This document shows, one piece after another, positions 29,870 to 36,491 of a stretch of DNA of 64,000 nt. The notes under the pieces are model-generated. The model did no database searches. It was not told the DNA's origin and was given only the letters and a program-made list of their open reading frames with translations. Origin of the DNA: a virus; the IMG/VR virus record IMGVR_UViG_3300029286_000030; one strand, 5' to 3'. The number at the start of each line of letters is the position of its first letter. Within the stretch, counting starts at the first letter, position 1. The position numbers and the translations under genes are program-made.

Positions 29870-31384
29870 TCACTCTAATATCATAGTTTCAATTTGTTTA
29901 ATAATTTCAATTGGTTCTTTTTCTATTAAAACAATTAGGTCCAATAGCTTTTCGGACCATCCAGCAATACAAACAACATTCTTTTCTCCTTCTGGGAAAA
30001 CAGTTGTTCCATATCCTGCAAGATCTACCAAATATAATTTAGTATTTGGATTAATATCTTTCAAATATTGGTGCCATAATTTTTGGAAGTCGTTGTTTGG
30101 ATTAATATCTTTCAAATATTGGTGCCATAATTTTTGGAAGTCGTTGTTTGGATTTGTATACATATTATATGTTTCAGAATTCCATAATTGGCAGTCAGTG
30201 AAGATTATTAATCTATCAAGATTTAATTTTTTTGCAATCATATATTCAATAATTTTAAATCCATTTGTTGAGCATCCGACATCTATGTCAGCGACTTGTG
30301 TTGCATTTTGAATAATACTTCTTTTAGATAGTTGTGCAATTGCAAAATCGTCCCCGAATGCTCCGCATATTGATTTATCGCATATCTTATTTGAAAGAGA
30401 CATTAAAACATCTCCAACTTCTTTATAAGACATTTTACTTTTATCTGATAATGCAGTTTGCATAGACCCAGAATGATCTGTTACTAACATAGTTGTTCCA
30501 ACTAAATGTGGAATATTAGTAGCACTTAATTCAACAGCATCTTCTAAAGCATCTAATACTGTAGATGCATTTGGATTATCATTTTCTTTAATAACCTTAT
30601 ATGCTGAATAAAATCTAAATGGATACATCTTGCTTTTTCTAATAATAGCTTCATTAGAAAGTTTTGGTAAATATAATTCAGTATCTACTCCAGTTTTTAA
30701 GAAATTATTTAAGTTTCTAATTGTTGCAAATATAGGCATCTTAGGAGCTATGTGTTCCCATGTTTCTTTTGTAGACCCATTAGTAGATATATATGTTTCC
30801 CAAGTTTCTGGAATAGCCATAGTTCTTGAATTAATTCTATCAAATAACATATCTTCTTCACTATCAAGTGGAGTTGGGTGCGCAAGTCTAAGAGCATCTC
30901 TTAATTTTACTTCACCATCTTTATCATATTTTGCTAATTGATATTCATCAAATCTATGGAACGCATCTGCCAAAGATAATTTGAGTTGTTTTGGAACTGA
31001 ATTATCAAAGTTCTTTAAATGATAAGCCAACGCTTCTGTTATTTCATCTGCTCTTCTTATAATATAATTAGCATACTTTCTAACATATGGTTTTGCTTCT
31101 GTGCAATTAGCTGCTTCAACTAAAATAGCAATTGGAACAGATCTTAAATATAAATCATTTCTTAAAAATACCGCAAGTTTTAATACATATTCTGGATCTT
31201 TCTTTAAAACAGTTTTAATAAGTTCAATAGTTTCGTTTGTTGTATCTCCATAGAACTTATCTTCTTTCATAAGCTGTGCTGCGCACATTAAGTATAATTT
31301 AACTTTATCTGATGGAACATATGCTAACGCTCCTTCTTTATTAGTTGTTTTTGAAACAATTTTTACAGGTTTATTAAATCTCAT
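29870..31384 (-). CDS. Ro60-like protein: TROVE domain + C-terminal vWA (MIDAS DHSGSM)
   Basis: vWA motifs LVTDHSGSM, LIIFTDCQ; N-terminal half shows Ro60-like blocks (LYLMCAAQLM..FYGD cf. Ro60 FLCFGSEGGTYY; LRLAHPTP cf. LRLSHLKP). Confidence 0.7.
   Translation of the reverse strand: MRFNKPVKIVSKTTNKEGALAYVPSDKVKLYLMCAAQLMKEDKFYGDTTNETIELIKTVLKKDPEYVLKLAVFLRNDLYLRSVPIAILVEAANCTEAKPYVRKYANYIIRRADEITEALAYHLKNFDNSVPKQLKLSLADAFHRFDEYQLAKYDKDGEVKLRDALRLAHPTPLDSEEDMLFDRINSRTMAIPETWETYISTNGSTKETWEHIAPKMPIFATIRNLNNFLKTGVDTELYLPKLSNEAIIRKSKMYPFRFYSAYKVIKENDNPNASTVLDALEDAVELSATNIPHLVGTTMLVTDHSGSMQTALSDKSKMSYKEVGDVLMSLSNKICDKSICGAFGDDFAIAQLSKRSIIQNATQVADIDVGCSTNGFKIIEYMIAKKLNLDRLIIFTDCQLWNSETYNMYTNPNNDFQKLWHQYLKDINPNNDFQKLWHQYLKDINPNTKLYLVDLAGYGTTVFPEGEKNVVCIAGWSEKLLDLIVLIEKEPIEIIKQIETMILE
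30050..30151. repeat. Perfect 51-bp tandem duplication (2 copies) inside Ro60-like gene, in frame (duplicates NPNNDFQKLWHQYLKDI)
   Basis: 30050-30100 identical to 30101-30151. Confidence 0.9.
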
Positions 31385-31407
31385 ATCTTATCACTTCATT
31401 TTTTATT

Positions 31408-31495
31408 GTGGAGGCAAAGGCGAACACGGAGTAGCTCTTGCGAGCAAAGATTCCAAGTGTATCGAAGTATCCGTATTCTACAGCACTCCGATATA
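31408..31495 (-). ncRNA. Candidate structured RNA / structured 5' leader upstream of the Ro60-like gene (Y-RNA-like hypothesis)
   Basis: GC-enriched segment in AT-rich context between promoter motif (31513-31526) and ATG at 31384; terminal helix CGGAGUG...(A)CUCCG encloses internal hairpins; no ORF. Confidence 0.25.
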
Positions 31496-31512
31496 TTTAT
31501 GGACCATTCTAT

Positions 31513-31526
31513 TTATAAAGGTTTCT
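31513..31526 (-). promoter_or_regulatory. TATA/BRE-like motif (minus reading GAAACCTTTATAAA) about 130 nt upstream of Ro60-like ATG
   Basis: Motif family match; unusually long distance to ATG. Confidence 0.4.
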
Positions 31527-31533
31527 ATAACCT

Positions 31534-32235
31534 CTATTTTCCAAACCGTCTATGTCTGTTTTCATAGTCAGCTATAACCGCATCAATATCTTCTTCAGTT
31601 ATATCTGGCCAATATTTATTTAAAAATGCAAATTCAGAATAAGCACTTTGAAAAGTTAAAAACCCGGACAGGCGCTGTTCTTTTGATGTTCGAACAATTA
31701 GATCCGGGCTTTTAAAATCAGCGTATAAATACTTCTGTAATTCATTTACAGTAAGCTCTCCTGGATTAACTTTTCCTTGGGCAAATTCTGCAGTATATTT
31801 TTTTACTGCATCAACTATCTCGGTTTGCCCGTCATACCCAATAGCAATAATTACTTGTTTGTTACGAAACTGTGAAGTATATTGTTCTATCTTCTCCATT
31901 CGGGTTTGAAATCCTTTTGAGAATACATCTCTACGTCCAATAAATTTTATATTTATTCCATTTTCAATAACTTCATTTCGTTTTAATACTTTATCAAGTT
32001 CTTGTTCGAAAATTTTTAATAAAATCATTAGCTCGGTTTTGGGGCGTTCTAAATTTTTCAACGAAAGAGTATAAAAAATTACTGTTGAAATGTTCGGGTA
32101 TTTAGATAACCACCCCAAAACATCCCAAGCTTTTCTAGTTCCTTCGATATAGCTTTGCGTAAAGGACACTCCGGCCGCATTCGCATATCTTCGGTTACCA
32201 TCTGGGATGAATCCGATGCTTTCTAACATATTCAC
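31534..32235 (-). CDS. uppS: Undecaprenyl/di-trans-poly-cis polyprenyl diphosphate synthase (cis-prenyltransferase)
   Basis: IPDGNRRYA near N-terminus; C-terminal DLIVRTSKEQRLSGFLTFQSAYSEFAFLNKYWPD...ENRHRRFG aligns to UppS; SD-like GGAG upstream. Confidence 0.88.
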   Translation of the reverse strand: MNMLESIGFIPDGNRRYANAAGVSFTQSYIEGTRKAWDVLGWLSKYPNISTVIFYTLSLKNLERPKTELMILLKIFEQELDKVLKRNEVIENGINIKFIGRRDVFSKGFQTRMEKIEQYTSQFRNKQVIIAIGYDGQTEIVDAVKKYTAEFAQGKVNPGELTVNELQKYLYADFKSPDLIVRTSKEQRLSGFLTFQSAYSEFAFLNKYWPDITEEDIDAVIADYENRHRRFGK

Positions 32236-32295
32236 ATACTCCTTATATAATATAACTTTAACTCTTTAAAAGAAATTTTGGTACAAATCTAATAT

Positions 32296-33120
32296 TCATA
32301 AATATATAATTTCATCATTTGATTTTTGATTACCAACAAAATTATTACTTTTTTCTATGTTTATATTGGCTTCTAGTGGTTGTAAATTTTGTAATTTCCA
32401 TCCTTTTTTTATTAACTGTTCTTCTGTTTTAAACCATGATAACGGTATAATATGATCGATATGCCAGTATGTTCCATAATTATTCCAACTCATTTCTGGG
32501 GTAAATTGTCTTTCTAAATGATTTTTTAATTCGATATTATTATATCCTAATGATATCTTCCATCCAACTTCCTTTTTACAACCAATATTCTTTAAGCTTT
32601 TATTCAGTGCGTTCCCAATACTATGATTTAGTTTTAATAGCGGGTTTGTTTTTCTTTTATTTAATATTTCTTTATTATGCTTTCTTTTATATTTATTTCT
32701 ATATATTTTTATTTTTTCTGGATGTTCTATACGAAATTTGGCAGATCGTTTTATTATAATTTCCTTTTGTTTTAAATATTTTTGGTGATTCTTTTCTTTA
32801 TTTTTAATTGTGTCTTTTTTAGTTTGTTCTTTTATTTTTTCTTTATTGTTTAGTTTATATTCTTTATCTTTATTTCTTTTTATTTCTCTGTTTATCTCTC
32901 GCCATTGCTTATTATATTCTTTTATTTTTAACTTATTATTAATTTTATATTTTCTATGCCTTAATTTTTCTTTTTCGTTATTAGTGAATCTATATAATTT
33001 ATTTTTTTCTACTAACTCTTTTTTATGTTTTATTCTATATCGTATTTCGCTTTCTCTCCTTTTGTCCTTATTAATCAAACGATATTTTTTATCATATTCT
33101 CTTTTTTCTTCTTTATTCAT
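32296..33120 (-). CDS. HNH endonuclease paralogue with long Lys-rich periodic N-terminal repeats (KYRxxNKEKI)
   Basis: HIDHIIPLSWF...NLQPLEANINIEKSN; 11-aa periodic basic repeats. Confidence 0.75.
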   Translation of the reverse strand: MNKEEKREYDKKYRLINKDKRRESEIRYRIKHKKELVEKNKLYRFTNNEKEKLRHRKYKINNKLKIKEYNKQWREINREIKRNKDKEYKLNNKEKIKEQTKKDTIKNKEKNHQKYLKQKEIIIKRSAKFRIEHPEKIKIYRNKYKRKHNKEILNKRKTNPLLKLNHSIGNALNKSLKNIGCKKEVGWKISLGYNNIELKNHLERQFTPEMSWNNYGTYWHIDHIIPLSWFKTEEQLIKKGWKLQNLQPLEANINIEKSNNFVGNQKSNDEIIYL

Positions 33121-33143
33121 AAGTATATTAGAACAAACTAGTA

Positions 33144-33953
33144 TTAAAACCTTCCGCCTGCTCCTCCTCCACTAAATCCTCCCGAATTTCCAAATCCACC
33201 AAATCCCCCAGATGAGCCTCCTCCAAACGAACTTCCACCAGATGAACTTCGACCAGATGAACTTCCACCAGATGAACTTCCACCAGATGATCTGCCAGGC
33301 GGTCTTCCAAATGATCCACCAATAATTGAACCACCAATTGATCCTCCACTAGAAGAATCATCGCTTATTATTATAATAAAAACAACAGCAACAATAAAAA
33401 TACAAAATATCATTAAAAAGAATACACCCGGATCCGATAAATCAATAGTACTAATTTTATCTGGAAGAAGTTCATTTGATTGCACATTATTTAAATCAGC
33501 AATTGCTAAAGTAAGTCCTGTATAAAAATCTCCTTTCTTAAAATTTGGATCAAAATCTTTTAATTGAATATCGCGTATCTCAATATCAGTAATCATTGTT
33601 TCCGCGCCTTTTGCAGTTGCAATAAAATATTCTCTATCTTTTACTGCTATAAGAATTACTAATCCATCAAATCTTCCTTTATTTCCTACTCCAAATTTAT
33701 TACCTAATTCAAGAGCATAATCAGAAATTGGTTTACCTTCGGTTGAATCAATTAACCATACGCCTATTTCAATATTAGAATCAGTTGAAACTTGTTTAAG
33801 TTGAAAATTAAGTTGTGATATTTGTTCAGTTGTTAATGTACCAGAATAATCATTCAAATAATTCGTAGGAATTGGAATGGAATCAATGCTTAACGAATAA
33901 GCACTGACCATCATTAATAATATTCCAATTATTATACATATTTTATTCAACAT
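33144..33953 (-). CDS. TPM-domain (TLP18.3/Psb32/MOLO-1-like) protein with TM and Gly/Ser-rich C-terminal tail
   Basis: LNDYSGTLTTEQISQL...GVWLIDS...NGLVILIAVKDREYFIATAKG; 4-nt overlap with lemA. Confidence 0.8.
   Translation of the reverse strand: MLNKICIIIGILLMMVSAYSLSIDSIPIPTNYLNDYSGTLTTEQISQLNFQLKQVSTDSNIEIGVWLIDSTEGKPISDYALELGNKFGVGNKGRFDGLVILIAVKDREYFIATAKGAETMITDIEIRDIQLKDFDPNFKKGDFYTGLTLAIADLNNVQSNELLPDKISTIDLSDPGVFFLMIFCIFIVAVVFIIIISDDSSSGGSIGGSIIGGSFGRPPGRSSGGSSSGGSSSGRSSSGGSSFGGGSSGGFGGFGNSGGFSGGGAGGRF
33180..33300. repeat. 15-bp tandem coding repeat (Gly/Ser-rich tail of TPM protein)
   Basis: ccagatgaacttcca-like units repeated about 5 times. Confidence 0.8.
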
Positions 33954-34524
33954 TGAAATCTACCACTGGGCTATCTTCTGATCCTGGCTTAGATTCATAA
34001 AATTTCTTTGGACTAAATCCAAACATGCCGGCCATTACATTTCCAGGAAATGTTTTAATAGCTGCATTATATGATTGTACTGATACATTATATTCTCCTC
34101 TAGCAAAACTTATACGATTTTCTGTTCCTTCTAAAGAAACCATTAAATCTTTATATGCTTGAGTTGCAGTTAGAGTTGGATATGCTTCAACTGTTACAAG
34201 TAATCTTGATATAGCAGAATCAAGTTGATTCGCTGCATCTACTTTCTGTTCTTGTGTTCCTGCACTTGCCCACGCACTACGCGCGTTAACTACTGCAGTT
34301 AATGTTGTTTGTTCAAAATTAGCTACACCCTTTACAGTTGAAACTAAATTTGGAATTAAATCAGCTCTTCGTTGATATTGCGCTTCTACAAGAGACCACT
34401 TTTGATCTGCTTCTAATCCTTTAGTAACAAATCCATTATAAGATCCCATGAAAAATAATGCAACCATACCAACAATTACTAATAAAATTACTAATACTAT
34501 TCCTATTGTTGTTCCTGCTCCCAT
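33943..34524 (-). CDS. lemA: LemA family membrane protein
   Basis: N-terminal TM; EAQYQRRADLIPNLVSTVKG signature. Confidence 0.88.
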   Translation of the reverse strand: MGAGTTIGIVLVILLVIVGMVALFFMGSYNGFVTKGLEADQKWSLVEAQYQRRADLIPNLVSTVKGVANFEQTTLTAVVNARSAWASAGTQEQKVDAANQLDSAISRLLVTVEAYPTLTATQAYKDLMVSLEGTENRISFARGEYNVSVQSYNAAIKTFPGNVMAGMFGFSPKKFYESKPGSEDSPVVDFNVE

Positions 34525-34574
34525 TCATTTCACCTTTACAAATTATATTAACCAAAACCCTTAAAAAGCTATGT

Positions 34575-36491
34575 TCATGAAAAAAATGATGCCAATGTTG
34601 ATTGCGAATCCTTTATAAAGTATGCAAGCTCGGCCCATACATTTTCAAGATTAATATCTGTTATCTTCATTTTATTCTTTTCAAACTCTTCAGCCGTACA
34701 ATATTTTTTATCTTTACCAACTCCAACTCCCCGAAGATTTGGAATTAAAAAATGTATTCCAGGCCCATACTTAGTTGAAATCTGTGCTTGAAGTTGTGAA
34801 GGCATTTTATAATCGGCAGCACTCTTTACACTAAATCTAATTTCTGCCAAAGATAAATCTTTTTTTAATAAATCATATACTGTATCTCTTAAATATGCTT
34901 CAGAGAATTTTACTCTACGCTCTTCTGTTATTTTAGGAACAAGCACTTCCCAAAACATTTTTCTACTCAAAGTGCTTAGGGATTTCTTTCTAACACCAAG
35001 ATTTTTAACTACAATTTTTCCTTCGTTGGTTCTATAAATATAATTTTTCTTAATAAACTTTTTTGGTTTATTAATATAATCATATTCATCCATCTCTGAA
35101 TCAGTTTCTTTATCTCCAACATTTCCTTTGAAAAACCACATGTCAGATATTTCAGCATCTATTGACATATCAAATTTATCATATGGAAATGGAACTGCAT
35201 CTTTTATTTCTTTTATTATATCCTGTTTAAGCTGTAACATCTTTTCTTTATTATCATATATATCAATTAGATATACAGAATCGGTATCAGTATATATTAC
35301 ATTATAGCCAGCATCTGCAAATCTCTTTCTAGCTAACTTTACCCATTGTCTTCCTAATCTAGTTACATCTGCAGCAGAAGTTCTATTATAAAGATGTGAG
35401 AATGATGGATTACCAAGTAACCCATATGCGGCATTCAATTGTATTTTTAATGAATATTCGCGTGGATCCTTTTCTTTCTTATATTGTAATCTCCATTCAT
35501 ACCATTTCTTAAATAACTGTTCAACTTTACCTTGAACTTTATTATTATAAACACCTTCAACATTAAACTTACCATTGCCATTCCAACCTTCTACAGATGG
35601 AGAAAATATATTACACTGATGCATTATACTTGGATATAGTGATGCAAAATCAAGACAGTATATTTTTCCAGAAAAATATTCACCTGCTGGAAAACTTACA
35701 TATCCACCACCATAAGACTGTTTATCTTTTACATTAGAATATTCTTCTTTTAAATCTAAAGATTTACAAATACTTTTATATGTGAATACAGCTGTTGAAC
35801 ATGATAAATATTTCTTTGAAGACACATCTTCTGGAATAACATATTCTTTAAAACTTGAAAAATAATCCTCAATCCATACATATAATTTTTTTGTAACTTC
35901 TAAATCTCTTAATGTGTAATCCTTTATCTTATTTGTTTCATCAATTGTCCATTGGTCGGTCTCTTTTTTTAATATATTATAATCAAAGTCTTCTATTTTA
36001 GCTGTGTCATCACTAACAATTCCAATTGTTCTTGATATAAAATCAAGAGAATGCCGTAATAGTAAATCATTAAGCATTCCTTTCTTTACTTTCATTGCAC
36101 TAGCACGTTTTTTTATAATCATCATAAGATCAATATTAATTTTTCCTTTAATACGAAATGTTGCATTTTGATCTTTTTTTACAATATCATCATATCCATT
36201 ATAATAAAGAACTTGATTATCATATCCTTCAAAAAATGTTTTCTGATGGAATCCACCAAGATTATTAAATCCAACTAAAAAATAATGTCTATTTATCATA
36301 TCTCTAATTTCTTTTTCATGATATAATAAGTAATACTTATCATCATCAAATGAATAACATCCAAACACTCTTAATTTGTGTGTTTGAGTTGGAGATCTAT
36401 ATTCTGCAGCAGTTTCAAGATCGTATATTAATACACCTTTAAATCTGTCTTCAACTTTAGGTTTTATAACTTCATCAGCCATTGAATGCAC
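34575..36491 (-). CDS. polB: Family B DNA polymerase, compact (638 aa) with 3'-5' exonuclease motifs
   Basis: Exo I YDLET; motif A DFASLYPSIM; motif B KIQLNAAYG; motif C YTDTDSVYL. Confidence 0.9.
   Translation of the reverse strand: MHSMADEVIKPKVEDRFKGVLIYDLETAAEYRSPTQTHKLRVFGCYSFDDDKYYLLYHEKEIRDMINRHYFLVGFNNLGGFHQKTFFEGYDNQVLYYNGYDDIVKKDQNATFRIKGKINIDLMMIIKKRASAMKVKKGMLNDLLLRHSLDFISRTIGIVSDDTAKIEDFDYNILKKETDQWTIDETNKIKDYTLRDLEVTKKLYVWIEDYFSSFKEYVIPEDVSSKKYLSCSTAVFTYKSICKSLDLKEEYSNVKDKQSYGGGYVSFPAGEYFSGKIYCLDFASLYPSIMHQCNIFSPSVEGWNGNGKFNVEGVYNNKVQGKVEQLFKKWYEWRLQYKKEKDPREYSLKIQLNAAYGLLGNPSFSHLYNRTSAADVTRLGRQWVKLARKRFADAGYNVIYTDTDSVYLIDIYDNKEKMLQLKQDIIKEIKDAVPFPYDKFDMSIDAEISDMWFFKGNVGDKETDSEMDEYDYINKPKKFIKKNYIYRTNEGKIVVKNLGVRKKSLSTLSRKMFWEVLVPKITEERRVKFSEAYLRDTVYDLLKKDLSLAEIRFSVKSAADYKMPSQLQAQISTKYGPGIHFLIPNLRGVGVGKDKKYCTAEEFEKNKMKITDINLENVWAELAYFIKDSQSTLASFFS

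Noticed and set aside
31385-31533. A small protein-coding ORF in the long Ro60 upstream region
   Set aside because: No ORF with a plausible start or codon composition on either strand. A GC-rich structured RNA fits the sequence better.
33128-33361. 77-aa ORF with LVEVHLVEVHLVEV repeats, and a CRISPR-like look of the 15-bp tandem repeats at 33180-33300
   Set aside because: It is an alternative-frame reading of the Gly/Ser-rich C-terminal tail of the TPM protein. The repeats are contiguous with no unique spacers and lie inside a CDS, so this is not a CRISPR array.
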